Source of the DNA: Candidatus Thorarchaeota archaeon
GTDB lineage: Archaea; Asgardarchaeota; Thorarchaeia; Thorarchaeales; Thorarchaeaceae
Direction: 5' to 3'
Length of the DNA: 64,000 bases
NCBI GenBank assembly: GCA_963726195.1
Contig: CAVSBO010000010.1
Span: 32,001-96,000 of the forward strand
Part shown: positions 20,687-30,583 of the stretch, one piece after another
Numbering within the stretch: the first letter of the stretch is position 1
Layout of the letters: each line of letters starts with the position of its first letter
The notes under the pieces: model-generated
What the model was told of the DNA's origin: nothing
What the model saw: only the letters and a program-made list of their open reading frames with translations
Database searches by the model: none
Translations under genes and position numbers: made by a program

Positions 20687-21574
20687 TCAGCTCTTCAGGT
20701 GCGAAAGTATTGAGTCCGCAGGCACACGATTCATTCGAAGCCCGATGGCATCCTCATTGATTCCTAGTGCTAGGGCCAGAATCTGTGGATAGAGCAACAC
20801 TGGTAAGTCATACACCTCCCCATAGGAGTCCTTCAACCCTATTTGTTGGAGGTCTAGCTGATTCCCGCAGGCCGGACATACTACTGTCGCGAATTCTGCT
20901 CCGGCCTCCTTCATGGAACGTATCTTGTCCCTCGCGAGTCGAATTGCCAGAGGCTCATTAACGGGCAGAACTGTAGCACCACAGCACTGCTTCCAAAGGG
21001 GATACTCGACCACCCTAGCACCAGTGGCCCGGACCAACGCCTCCAGCATCTCAGGCTTGAATTCTGTTACATCATTCGGGCGAAGAAGGTGGCAGCCATA
21101 GTGAATCGAGATGCCAACACCGTCAAGCGGTCTCGTAATCTTATGTTGAATCTCCTCAATCCCGATGTCGGTATAAAGTGCTTCGATTACATGGCGAACC
21201 TTGACCGTACCCTTGAATTCCAGACCCATTTTCTTGAGTTCTTTGTTTACGCGCAATTGGTCTTTTTCATCGTGCTTCAAGTGATGCTGCACGTCCTTCA
21301 AGGAGCCGAAGCATCCGTTGCATGGAGTAACTATGTCATGCCCGTTCTTCTCAGCTATCGCAAGAGTGCGTCCATTGACAACAAGCCAGCCGAAGTAATC
21401 GATTGATCGTAGATTAGGGCTACCACAACACGCGACGTCCGTCATGTACTCGAATTCCATACCGAGCGCTTCGCCAACCTTCATCATGGCTGCTTCATAG
21501 TTGGGGTAGTTGGCTGGGACACTGCAGCCCATGTAGAGGTTGTACGTTGGCATTTCAGGTACCACCTTCTGCAA
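20687..21574 (-). CDS. hdrB: Heterodisulfide reductase subunit B
   Basis: Two CCG domains: GC..ACCG..PCNGC; HYGCH..QCCG..CPAC. Confidence 0.92.
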   Translation of the reverse strand: MQKVVPEMPTYNLYMGCSVPANYPNYEAAMMKVGEALGMEFEYMTDVACCGSPNLRSIDYFGWLVVNGRTLAIAEKNGHDIVTPCNGCFGSLKDVQHHLKHDEKDQLRVNKELKKMGLEFKGTVKVRHVIEALYTDIGIEEIQHKITRPLDGVGISIHYGCHLLRPNDVTEFKPEMLEALVRATGARVVEYPLWKQCCGATVLPVNEPLAIRLARDKIRSMKEAGAEFATVVCPACGNQLDLQQIGLKDSYGEVYDLPVLLYPQILALALGINEDAIGLRMNRVPADSILSHLKS

Positions 21575-22097
21575 GTTTACCAGTCCGGGTCTCTTTCAGA
21601 ATCTGTCTGATTCCGTCGGTGGAGAGCCCTGGCACTGCAGCTTGAAGCCCTAAATCCTCGCGTTCCCAATCTGCAGTCACAACATAGAGCTGACCCTTGT
21701 CCATCAACTCCTTCGCAAGTGCAAGAATCTTCTCTGGCACCTTTCTTTCCTCTCCCGCTAGATTCTTGCAATCGAATAGTATGTCTGTGATGCGTACTTT
21801 CTGAGGACAACGTTCTTGGCACTGGAAACAGGTCAAACATTCCCAGATCTCTTTGCTAGACAAGACCTCACTGCGCATACCGAGGAGAATCATACGGATT
21901 AGTTGGTGAGGCTTGTACTTCCACTGATTCGCAATGGGACATGCCGCTGTGCATGTCGAGCATGCAAAACAGGCGGCGAGCTCTTCACCATTAGGCATGC
22001 TTCGTATTTCGTCCCGGAAGTTAGAATCGAGCTGGGACATATCAATCGGTTCGACAAGGGTCACCGGCGGACCAGCTATCTCTTTTGTCTCAGCCAT
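21555..22097 (-). CDS. hdrC: Heterodisulfide reductase subunit C
   Basis: CFACSTCTAACP, IWECLTCFQCQERCP. Confidence 0.92.
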   Translation of the reverse strand: MAETKEIAGPPVTLVEPIDMSQLDSNFRDEIRSMPNGEELAACFACSTCTAACPIANQWKYKPHQLIRMILLGMRSEVLSSKEIWECLTCFQCQERCPQKVRITDILFDCKNLAGEERKVPEKILALAKELMDKGQLYVVTADWEREDLGLQAAVPGLSTDGIRQILKETRTGKLAEGGT

Positions 22098-22258
22098 TGG
22101 AGAAGCACCACCGAAGGCAAATTCGCCTGCTTGGGTCGCTGCGAGTGCGGGATTCTAGCCCCCATTTAAGAGTTTCACAATCGACCGCAGAATTGCATCT
22201 CACATGACCGGATGGCCTGCAATCCGGAGACCGCGGCCAAGAAGAGTGGCCTGATGAC

Positions 22259-22465
22259 TCATACCGTAGGTAAGTCTGGTCTAGTGTAACCTTCTCTGTA
22301 CACGAGTCCCATAACAAGGAACATACCCATGAAAAGGCCTATCTCGTATAGCAGGATTATTACCGGGTTCTTGGTGCTTAGGGGATACAGAACGGTCGCT
22401 TGCAACGCAATTGCCACCGATACCAATCCCGCAAGAATCAGAATCCAGCGTCCTGTTGGTGGCAT
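22259..22465 (-). CDS. Small two-TM membrane protein
   Basis: Two hydrophobic helices; co-oriented in the operon. Confidence 0.55.
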   Translation of the reverse strand: MPPTGRWILILAGLVSVAIALQATVLYPLSTKNPVIILLYEIGLFMGMFLVMGLVYREGYTRPDLPTV

Positions 22466-22491
22466 AAGATACGAGAAGAAGAATGCCCTTC

Positions 22492-22791
22492 TTATGGATT
22501 TCGTGCGGCGACTATCATGGAATCAACTCTGAATTTCATGATGTCACAGAGACTCAGAGAGTCTTGGCGAAGCTGCGAGAGAGCCCGCAGCACATATCCC
22601 TTCAGACGATTGGGGTCTGCTTGTATCTTGTCCGTTGTAGACCCCCTATCCTCGGAGAGTAATCGGAGGACATTCGTGAGAGCTATCTGCATTTTCTCGT
22701 GTTTCCTATCGATTTCTTCGCGTGCAGTGATGATTTGAGCGGAGAGCTCGGTGAGTTGATTGACTAGCTTTTCTTGAGACATCTCATCCAT
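22492..22791 (-). CDS. Hypothetical helical protein coupled to GINS
   Basis: ATG overlaps the GINS stop; coiled-coil-like sequence. Confidence 0.6.
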   Translation of the reverse strand: MDEMSQEKLVNQLTELSAQIITAREEIDRKHEKMQIALTNVLRLLSEDRGSTTDKIQADPNRLKGYVLRALSQLRQDSLSLCDIMKFRVDSMIVAARNP

Positions 22792-23401
22792 GCGCCCTTG
22801 GCTTGTCTATTACCACTCTGGCAACCGTGCCATCACGAAGCCATCCACGTGCGTTCTCTATCGGAATCATGGCGTTATCGCCCACTTTGAACGGGCCATA
22901 GGTGGCTTCGTCCAACCCCACGAAGGCTTGCTCCACAGGACGTAGAAAGACAACACTGACGTATTCTACTTCTTCTGACTCCGATGATTTCGTTGCAGAT
23001 TCTTCCCCTTCCACGGGCACGTTGCCCGAGGAAGCACTTGATAGAACGGTCTTCACGAACTCAATGTGACCATCGACAGCCCGCACGAGCCTATTGTAGA
23101 ACTCTTCCTCTGCAAGTGTCATACTTCCAAGAGGGCGTCTTTGTGCGAGAGCGGCACTCAGTATTTTCTTTTCTCGAAGCCTTAGCAGATCATTCAACAT
23201 GAACTCCAAGTTCGTCGCCTCTTGGGTCAACAAGTCTGCCTTGAGGAAATCCTCGGCCGGCGTTTCCGCCAGAAGAAGCCGCACACTCGAGAGATACGAA
23301 GTCATTCTTGTGAGACGCAGATCATCTAGGTCCTTGAGCTCATCGCTATCGACCTCTGCTTGCCAGGAGTTCTTTATTTCGTTGTAGACTGTTTCACTCA
23401 A
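22784..23401 (-). CDS. gins: GINS complex subunit (Gins51 type)
   Basis: W..E.....L..L, R..KI, EE.FY, B domain FVGLD...YGPF..GD...IP..NA. Confidence 0.88.
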   Translation of the reverse strand: MSETVYNEIKNSWQAEVDSDELKDLDDLRLTRMTSYLSSVRLLLAETPAEDFLKADLLTQEATNLEFMLNDLLRLREKKILSAALAQRRPLGSMTLAEEEFYNRLVRAVDGHIEFVKTVLSSASSGNVPVEGEESATKSSESEEVEYVSVVFLRPVEQAFVGLDEATYGPFKVGDNAMIPIENARGWLRDGTVARVVIDKPRAHG

Positions 23402-24774
23402 TCGTAGCCACACCTTTGCAGAGAATGAAGACCGCCGCCGCCATTGGCAACTCTACTTGGTCATCGTCGTAGGGTCCATACTCATCATCACCTATTCTGA
23501 ATTTGGGAACTCCCACACCTCCGCCCGTAATCCTCACTTTCAACGATCCCGTCGTAAATGCCAGCGCGTCTTTGAACGGGTCGAATGCTTCGATAGTGTC
23601 ACGAGCGAGAGGTACTACGTTGAATCCGGTCTTGCCGTTTAGACTTCCTATCAAACGAATCACTCTGTGTATGTCATGGGTAACGGGTACGTCGATTTTG
23701 CCACCGTATAGTGCGACTGCTTGTGCAGCGATTTCTTGCCAATACTTGACGCCTAAACCCTTCACCGGGATACTAAGACTAGGTGGAACCCGTAGGAGAT
23801 TTTCAATCGCTGCGGTCTTGTACTTGCGCAATGGTTCAACCCATCGTTCCTTTCCACCATAGGAATCGACGTTTCTGATGAATTCTACCATCGCTGCCAT
23901 CATCTTTCGAGGCCAACCCGGAACGTTGCCTGTGAGGAGTGCCATGGATGTCTCCGTGATGAATTTCTGGCTGTTGAAACCTAGCCCGTTGATATACTGG
24001 ATAATCTCAATTCGCCCGTCCGCATCTAACTTGAAGACTCTCGGGTCCCTCACGCGCACGTGATACCCTCGATGACCGCTATAGTTGAGCTGAATCTGTT
24101 GGGGGTCAATTCCGAAGTCGCTGGTTAGAAACTCATCATACAGCTTCAGCGTGTATCTCTTCGCATCACCGAGACAACGATCGCAGAGCCATTTGCGGAC
24201 GGTAATGCTCTCACTTCCGCACTTTGTGCATTTTTCCTCGGGAGGAACACCCTTACCCATCTCATTGCACTCAGGATTGTTGCATCTCCATGCATCGTGG
24301 TCCTGCGAACACGGGCAATCAAGATGATCTGCATCAATGTCAAACACGAGCTCTGCGCCCTGCCAACCCTTTTCTTCCATGCTTCGAGATACCGGTATAT
24401 TGTAGAATGCTGCAGAATGGTATACACTATGTGGTGCAGAAACCACCAGGTCATTTCTGAGCGCGTCTGGTGATCGGTAACCCAGATGACGAGTCCAGCT
24501 AGTCATCTGGACCTCCGGAGAGCCACAGTTCGGACAGACCTTGAGCTTCTTGAAGGACCGCCCTGACTGACCACAACCCACGTTCGTTCTCAGTCCCAGA
24601 GGCATCGTGCGTTCTTCGTTCCGGACATCTCCAGATGAAGTCCCAGCTCTCCATCCCAAACTCGCGCATGTGAAGACGTTCGGGCACATCAACTCGATCG
24701 GCGTTTGCGCGGTAGTAGTCTTGGAACATCAGCTGCAGGAACTTGGACTTTGTTTCTTGCCCGCGTACGGCCAT
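23394..24774 (-). CDS. priS: DNA primase catalytic subunit with zinc-ribbon insertions (frameshift near 24580)
   Basis: REFG, GAELVFDIDADH, YSGHRGYH, IDVPVT.DIHRVIRL.GSLNGKTG. Confidence 0.92.
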
Positions 24775-24803
24775 GACAATGCAGCGACCGAGACCAACAG
24801 GAA

Positions 24804-25556
24804 CTATCTTCGCTCTACACGAGGGGCGAGAACGAAGCTAATTCTGCCACCCTCGGCAATCCCGAACTCCATCATCATGGGTTTGTTTGTGCTGAACTGA
24901 AGAACGACGCTGTCACTGGACATTGCTTTGGATATTTCCGAGAGGTAGTTCAGAGCGTACATGGACGTACTGTCCTTCTCAATCTTCAGTTCATAGAGAA
25001 GAGACTCGTCTCCCATCTTCAAGGAAACCTGTGCTTCGCCCGTATCGCCTTCTCCGGAAAATGATATCGTATCACCATGTGTGCTAATCTTCACGTGGCT
25101 CGAAACAACGCCTATGTCCTTCACAGCCTGCTTGAACGCTTCAGCGTACATCTCTGCTCGTGCATCAAAAGACAGTGCCGGCTTCTTCGTTCTGTCCTCA
25201 GGAGGACTAAGCATTTGAAGCTTGAACAAGCGTTCGGCCTGACCTAGCATCTTGATTTCGAAACGCTGCTCAGTCTCATTAAGATTGAACTCAAGCCTGT
25301 CATCACCAGCCATGCGCTTGCTGACCTTCGTGAGTTCATCAATTCCAAGACAGATGTCATGCTCGCCTTTGCAGCTATACTCTTGAAACAGCCCTGCAGG
25401 AAGAGTGAGATCAATCATGGCAGCTTTGGTTGAGTCAAGTTGACGCAGCATGAGGCCGGTCTCTGAAGCAACGAAATGAGCTTCAGTTAACAATGTAGCC
25501 AGTGCATCTACTATTTGTTTCCAAGTCTTCGTGCTATCAAGTGTCGCATGAAACAT
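24804..25556 (-). CDS. pcn: PCNA sliding clamp
   Basis: EAHF...GL.LRQLD...AMIDL, S.Y.L.YL, F.LAPRVE. Confidence 0.95.
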   Translation of the reverse strand: MFHATLDSTKTWKQIVDALATLLTEAHFVASETGLMLRQLDSTKAAMIDLTLPAGLFQEYSCKGEHDICLGIDELTKVSKRMAGDDRLEFNLNETEQRFEIKMLGQAERLFKLQMLSPPEDRTKKPALSFDARAEMYAEAFKQAVKDIGVVSSHVKISTHGDTISFSGEGDTGEAQVSLKMGDESLLYELKIEKDSTSMYALNYLSEISKAMSSDSVVLQFSTNKPMMMEFGIAEGGRISFVLAPRVERR

Positions 25557-25570
25557 CTCAGTACCTCCAT

Positions 25571-25942
25571 TTATCGGGCCATTGCACGGGTTATTCGTTC
25601 CTCCAGATCCAGCGCCTGTTTGTATTCCTTGATATCGAGAGGATTGATATTCAGAACCTGAGAGGCTGCAAACATTAGCTCTTTTCCCTTCGGCCCGTTC
25701 TTCTCCGTTAAGCCGCCTATCAGCATGTACTTCTGTGCGACTTCGAGTCTTCCTTCCACTAGTGCCCTAATTTGTCTTGCCTTCCCCACGTCGTCATAGA
25801 TGTCTTGCACAAGCGCCAAGCCGGGTGTCGACTCTACAACGATACACATTATCCTCACAGGGCCCTTCGTGTTGGCGGACAAGGTACGTACTGTGGCAAG
25901 CCTGGCAGATTGCGTACGGGGAATCCTTTGTTCCTCAGTCAA
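25571..25942 (-). CDS. OB-fold protein, RPA3/RPA14-like
   Basis: VRIMCIVV...G.ALVQD, LD.KEY C-terminal helix; next to PCNA. Confidence 0.6.
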   Translation of the reverse strand: MTEEQRIPRTQSARLATVRTLSANTKGPVRIMCIVVESTPGLALVQDIYDDVGKARQIRALVEGRLEVAQKYMLIGGLTEKNGPKGKELMFAASQVLNINPLDIKEYKQALDLEERITRAMAR

Positions 25943-26228
25943 GATGTCCGCACCAACAGATGTTGCTGAACAGAGTATGCTCTGTGCTCAAGTTCTTGAA
26001 ACTCGTGATATAAGAATGTATAAGTCTAGCGCCGTTCATTCTTAGCTAGAGAAACTTAGACATTCGTGATTGCGGGGGTCTTATGACTGTGGAACAGAGT
26101 GGAGAATCCACGTGGCATATTGGCATGCTGCTGGCCGAAGATCTATCAGGAACGTACAATCTCGAAAGGCTCTTTGGGTTTTGAGTCATTGTCCGATAGA
26201 TTTGTCCTGAATACGCATACAAGATGCT

Positions 26229-27710
26229 TTGGAGGGGATTCTCAGGTACTTCGATAATCTAAGGGACAGGCAGATACTCCTCCTCATTTTTCTGATTTCT
26301 TTGGTCGGGCGTTTGACTGTAATCTTGGTGCTAGGGCAGGAACAAAACCTGTACGAGAACGGAGCCATTGCCCTCAATCTGGTCTCAGGCAATGGCTTCT
26401 CGTTTGCTGCATTTCCGCCGGCTACACCAGTACAGGAAACCTGCGTGATGTCGCCATTTTACCCGTATTTTCTTGCTGTATCTTACCTTCTTTTCGGTGT
26501 CAATACGATGGCCCTCGCGTTCATACAGGTAATCCAAGCACTAGTCGGATCAGTCACTGTATATCCCCTCTATTACTTGGCGAGGGACTGCTACTCAAAG
26601 AGGACCGGACTGCTTTCGGTTCTAATCTTCGCTGTATTCCCGGATTTCCTGCATTGGTCCTATCTTATCCAACAGCTTACCTTCACAACATTCTCTGTAG
26701 TGAGTATCGTGTATCTGTTTAGCCTCTTCAACAGAGATCCAACACTCCGAAAATCGCTTGCACTTGGTCTGGTTGCTGCATTCGGACTCCTTGTCGACCC
26801 AGTTGTTGTATCGGTAGTAGGCCTGATGTTCATCTGGATCCTGTTTGCGCTCGTCAAACAGAGGCTTGGTCATGGCACGCCATCGACCAAGGATGTCAGG
26901 CTCAAGGCTCTTGGTCTCATTCTTGCGGTAGCAGTCTGTGGTCTTGCCATTGCACCTTGGGAGCTGCGATGCCTACAAGTCTATGATGGCCGTCTTGTGT
27001 TCATCAAGGCTAGCGGGTTCAACCTATGGCGTGGGAACAACCCGAACTACACCGATACTGGAATACCCTCATGGGTGACCACGGACCTTCTGTCGAAACT
27101 CAACACAACAAGGGAAGGGGACATAGATAGCGCGCTTGGGCAGTCTGCTTGCACGTACATGACAACACACATCCCCCAGACACTGGCAAATGCAGTAAGG
27201 AAGCTCATAGATCTATGGTGGTTTCCTAAGGCATTTCCCGAGGAATCGCCCTTGCTGAGACAGCTCCTTTACGCTCCGTTGCTGCTACTTGCTCTCTTTG
27301 CTCTTCTTATAGACCGCAAAGGGCTAGTCCAGGTTGTTCCTGTTCTTCTTCCTTTGATAGCGTTCTCGGCTCTGTACTCAGTGGTTTTCGTGTTGGCGCA
27401 CCACCGAATACCAATAGAACCGATTCTCTTCATTCTTTCTGCAAGAGGCCTAGAATATGCGGCGACTCGTCTGCTCAGAAGACCCGGATTTGGAAGAAGA
27501 AACGGCTCCGGGCAATGCATAACTGTGTATGCCCAACTTTGTCCAAGTTCGCTGTGGGTGTTGTCTAGCGCCCGCCATAGTAGCGCCAAGTCTGTTTACA
27601 CTTGGTGCATCTGTAGAATTCAGTCATGCCTTCATCACCGGCTCTTGTTTGAACCGTCCAATAGTATGCCTCGTCATTTCCGCAATTCGGACATGTGGCA
27701 GCAACCTTAG
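26229..27710 (+). CDS. GT-C (family 39/ArnT-like) membrane glycosyltransferase; 3' end uncertain
   Basis: Multi-TM, A.NL..G.G, P.YPYFLA, GFNLWRGNNP, H.IPIEP. Confidence 0.75.
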   Translation: MEGILRYFDNLRDRQILLLIFLISLVGRLTVILVLGQEQNLYENGAIALNLVSGNGFSFAAFPPATPVQETCVMSPFYPYFLAVSYLLFGVNTMALAFIQVIQALVGSVTVYPLYYLARDCYSKRTGLLSVLIFAVFPDFLHWSYLIQQLTFTTFSVVSIVYLFSLFNRDPTLRKSLALGLVAAFGLLVDPVVVSVVGLMFIWILFALVKQRLGHGTPSTKDVRLKALGLILAVAVCGLAIAPWELRCLQVYDGRLVFIKASGFNLWRGNNPNYTDTGIPSWVTTDLLSKLNTTREGDIDSALGQSACTYMTTHIPQTLANAVRKLIDLWWFPKAFPEESPLLRQLLYAPLLLLALFALLIDRKGLVQVVPVLLPLIAFSALYSVVFVLAHHRIPIEPILFILSARGLEYAATRLLRRPGFGRRNGSGQCITVYAQLCPSSLWVLSSARHSSAKSVYTWCICRIQSCLHHRLLFEPSNSMPRHFRNSDMWQQP

Positions 27711-27897
27711 GCATGGGGATGGATTCGTCATCTACAACCACGATTTTGTCATGAGGTGTCCTCCTCATGTTCTCTGACACTTTCATTTCGCCAGCAAGTT
27801 TCATAGTATGGCCGCAACTCCTGCACTTCATAATCTTCTTGCCGTTTTCATCAACAGCAGGGACCATCATGGAACCGCACTTATCACAGAACTGCAC
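27565..27897 (-). CDS. tfs: Transcription factor S (TFS/RpoM)
   Basis: FCDKCGS, CPNCG...QTRAGDE..T.FYRC. Confidence 0.95.
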   Translation of the reverse strand: MQFCDKCGSMMVPAVDENGKKIMKCRSCGHTMKLAGEMKVSENMRRTPHDKIVVVDDESIPMPKVAATCPNCGNDEAYYWTVQTRAGDEGMTEFYRCTKCKQTWRYYGGR

Positions 27898-27991
27898 AGG
27901 ATTTCACCACACATTCTCCTGCCTACGAGATAGCAGTCAATTAAGGCTTGCTGACCGGACACGAGCCATCGTGATTGATTTTCTGTTCAAA

Positions 27992-28420
27992 CTAACAGAC
28001 CGGCAACTGATTCGTGACCTGCTCAAGCAGATACTGGAAAGCCTGAACCGCTGACTCGTCTTCTCTTTTTGCACTCTTTGTGGTCTGGGCCAACAGATTC
28101 TTTCCAAGGGAGTCGACAATTGATTCGATTGTTGTCCTTCGGTTGAGCCAAAGCCAAGCCATGAGGGCTTCATAGGCGTCAGCTGCATCTCCCGGGTCGG
28201 TCCTGTGACCTACACTGGCGTATATCGGGCTGGTACGAATTGCACGCGCCAACACGCTATCCTTGACCTTTTCACCAGTAGGACAACCGATGACAATCGA
28301 TTTTGCAAGGGAATAGCAGAGATTCACAAGGCTATCGCCAAGCTTTGCTAGGCCGGCATCGTTCATGATGTCATGAAGCGTCGTATGGCTTGCTAGACAG
28401 TCCCAAGCCATCCAAACCAC
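27992..28420 (-). CDS. Archaeal RNase III-like family protein
   Basis: LAKLGDSLVNL.YSLA, KV.D..LA, ADAYEAL. Confidence 0.78.
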   Translation of the reverse strand: MVWMAWDCLASHTTLHDIMNDAGLAKLGDSLVNLCYSLAKSIVIGCPTGEKVKDSVLARAIRTSPIYASVGHRTDPGDAADAYEALMAWLWLNRRTTIESIVDSLGKNLLAQTTKSAKREDESAVQAFQYLLEQVTNQLPVC

Positions 28421-28443
28421 CCGACCACGTTCGTCTAATCAGA

Positions 28444-28740
28444 CTATTCGACCTCGTGCTGGGAGGCCATCTGGTGAAACCGCTTCCTGAACTCCTCAGT
28501 CCGTGCAAGCATCTTCTCTAGTCCTTCTCTCACGACAACGTTCGCTTGGCGCCTCTTAGTTCTTAGAGTAAACACCGGATTCGCAAGCAGCGGGTGTTCA
28601 ATGTTATAGCCAGCGAAATCCACCGATTCTTCTTCAAGAAGAGTCTTGCGTAGAAGATTGCAGAAAGAGTGATCTTCCCCGATAATTTCCGCTACAAGCA
28701 CGTACTTCGAGTTCTCAATAACCTTTAGCTCCAATTTCAT
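28444..28740 (-). CDS. rpoL: RNA polymerase subunit L (Rpo11)
   Basis: GEDHSFCNLL, AGYNIEHPL. Confidence 0.95.
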   Translation of the reverse strand: MKLELKVIENSKYVLVAEIIGEDHSFCNLLRKTLLEEESVDFAGYNIEHPLLANPVFTLRTKRRQANVVVREGLEKMLARTEEFRKRFHQMASQHEVE

Positions 28741-29534
28741 TGCCTCCTGCCTCGCGGACGCCTGTCATCTTCGCGAGTCGTGCGATGAATTGGCCGGGAA
28801 GGTGCTCCGCGGCTACGTTCCCTCGATTCACCACTTCTGGTAGGGCGTCTCTCGCGGAAAGTCTCGCGGTCACGTCGAGGACGTTCGCTATCATAGCGTT
28901 TCTCATCATAGGATCTCTTGCGCGGTGCAAGGTCGGGCCTAGGTTCCAAGCCAAATCTTTGACCGTAGTCGGCTGCTACCTCACGAGTTTCGCGATTCTC
29001 ACATCTCAGACAAACAAGATTATTCCCGGTTGTTAAGGAAAGCGAATTCCCACACTTCGAGCATTTTGCAAGCATGACACCAAGTTTGGGTCCTACCAGC
29101 GTGAGCTGCACTGGTATCGTGTGAGTGTTGGTCGCCATCGCTCGCAAGATATCTCCTGGCTTAATCACATCAAACATGGACTTGACATATCTTCTAGTGA
29201 CATTGCTGATGTGAATCTCGCCAAGGAAAGGACTTGGAACATCAACATCGTTGCGTTTGACCAGACTAACCTCGGCACGTTGTTCGTAGGCGTTCACAAC
29301 CTCGCCCATGAGGGTGTCACCCTTCATTGGAAGAGCAATTCTCACGCTGCCATCGCTCTCAAGGACCTTTATGCTGCGCTCCTTGAGATCGATATGCACG
29401 GCTCCTGAAGCAGCCGCATACACAAAGCCCTCCTGCTCGTATGTGCCAAAACCCGGGGAAAGCTCCTCAATAACACACAGTTGATCGCCCGGTACTACTA
29501 CATCGCCGCTCTTCACATCAGCCATTTCGGTCAC
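28737..29534 (-). CDS. csl4: Exosome subunit Csl4 with Arg-rich tail
   Basis: VVPGD.L...EE..PG.GTY, S1 domain, CSKCG..CLRC.NRETR. Confidence 0.92.
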   Translation of the reverse strand: MTEMADVKSGDVVVPGDQLCVIEELSPGFGTYEQEGFVYAAASGAVHIDLKERSIKVLESDGSVRIALPMKGDTLMGEVVNAYEQRAEVSLVKRNDVDVPSPFLGEIHISNVTRRYVKSMFDVIKPGDILRAMATNTHTIPVQLTLVGPKLGVMLAKCSKCGNSLSLTTGNNLVCLRCENRETREVAADYGQRFGLEPRPDLAPRKRSYDEKRYDSERPRRDRETFRERRPTRSGESRERSRGAPSRPIHRTTREDDRRPRGRRQ

Positions 29535-30229
29535 GCCCTTCTGGATACACGGTAAAGGTCAACCGCAATCAGGTGCATTTCCTTCTTATGAAAGTCATAA
29601 ATCCTTGGAATGGGGAACTGGAAGGTTTCTATTTGTGTCACTTCTCCATTTAGTTCCTCTATTGCGCGCTTGAGGAACTCTCGGTTTTTCTCTATCGCGA
29701 GATGCATACTGTATGTCACAGCAGCTATGGATACTGCCTTCCCAAGGAACTTCAGGTCCGCGCCTCTCTTCTTCACGCCGAAGGGCGGGTTGCTCACCAC
29801 AGTATCAATGGGTTCTGTTACTTCGATGGAAGCGACGTCCCCAAGAACCCAGTCTGTTGTGCCTTCTGTCCCAAGCAGAACGGAGTTCCTTTGTGAGACC
29901 TTTAAGGCTTTGGTTTGAATATCAATCCCAACAACGCGTTTTGCACCAAGTAATGCTGCGCCGATTCCGAATATGCCGTCTCCGCACCCGAGATCGAGCA
30001 CGGTCTTGCCTATGATGTCGCCGTGTTCCATCTCCGCAGCGAACAGGACTGACGCGGCAATCGAGGCGGAAGTGGGATAACTCTCGAGGCTGACTTCGCG
30101 TTCGTCCAAGCGCTCTATTGACTGCAAAGCAATCTCGAGATCCCTCAAACGCAAATACACATCACTCCGGTTGTCAGGCGTCCTCAACTCTTCGATGGGA
30201 GATAGCAGACATGCCTTCGAGCTCGCCAC
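29531..30229 (-). CDS. METTL5-like RNA methyltransferase
   Basis: LESYPT, DLGCGDG, SNPPFG, FHKK. Confidence 0.88.
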   Translation of the reverse strand: MASSKACLLSPIEELRTPDNRSDVYLRLRDLEIALQSIERLDEREVSLESYPTSASIAASVLFAAEMEHGDIIGKTVLDLGCGDGIFGIGAALLGAKRVVGIDIQTKALKVSQRNSVLLGTEGTTDWVLGDVASIEVTEPIDTVVSNPPFGVKKRGADLKFLGKAVSIAAVTYSMHLAIEKNREFLKRAIEELNGEVTQIETFQFPIPRIYDFHKKEMHLIAVDLYRVSRRA

Positions 30230-30347
30230 TTCAGAGAAATGCGTGAAGCGGCCGCCTTGGGTGCAGCCTGCATCGTGATGAAGCCCTATGATGATTTAAG
30301 TCCGCGTCTTCGGTACTGAGTTTGTGAAATGAATAACGCTGGACGTT

Positions 30348-30541
30348 CCCTCTGTTCATCTAAAGCTAGAGATGGAAGAGGACCAGAGCTTGAGCTGATT
30401 TAGAAATGCATTCTGCTCTTTCCCAACCACTCGAACCGGCGGCAGTGGCACAAAGCTGTACCTGGGAACAGCGCCAAGGAATTCCCACGTAATACCCAGT
30501 CTTTTATCTCGTCCAGACGCTCCACCGGTTCCATCGGAAAC
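30348..30541. other. Candidate replication origin (two opposed ORB-like boxes upstream of cdc6)
   Basis: GTTCCATCGGAAAC (30528-30541, +) and CTTTAGATGAACAGAGGG (30365-30348, -). Confidence 0.5.
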
Positions 30542-30583
30542 AGCGGAACGAGAGGTCAACTGTCGCGGAGGCAAGCACAAGAC

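Noticed and set aside
6799-22097. Selenocysteine (in-frame TGA) in MvhD/HdrA, as reported for some Asgard archaea
   Set aside because: The relevant positions read as Cys; the hdrA2 break is a frameshift, not TGA read-through
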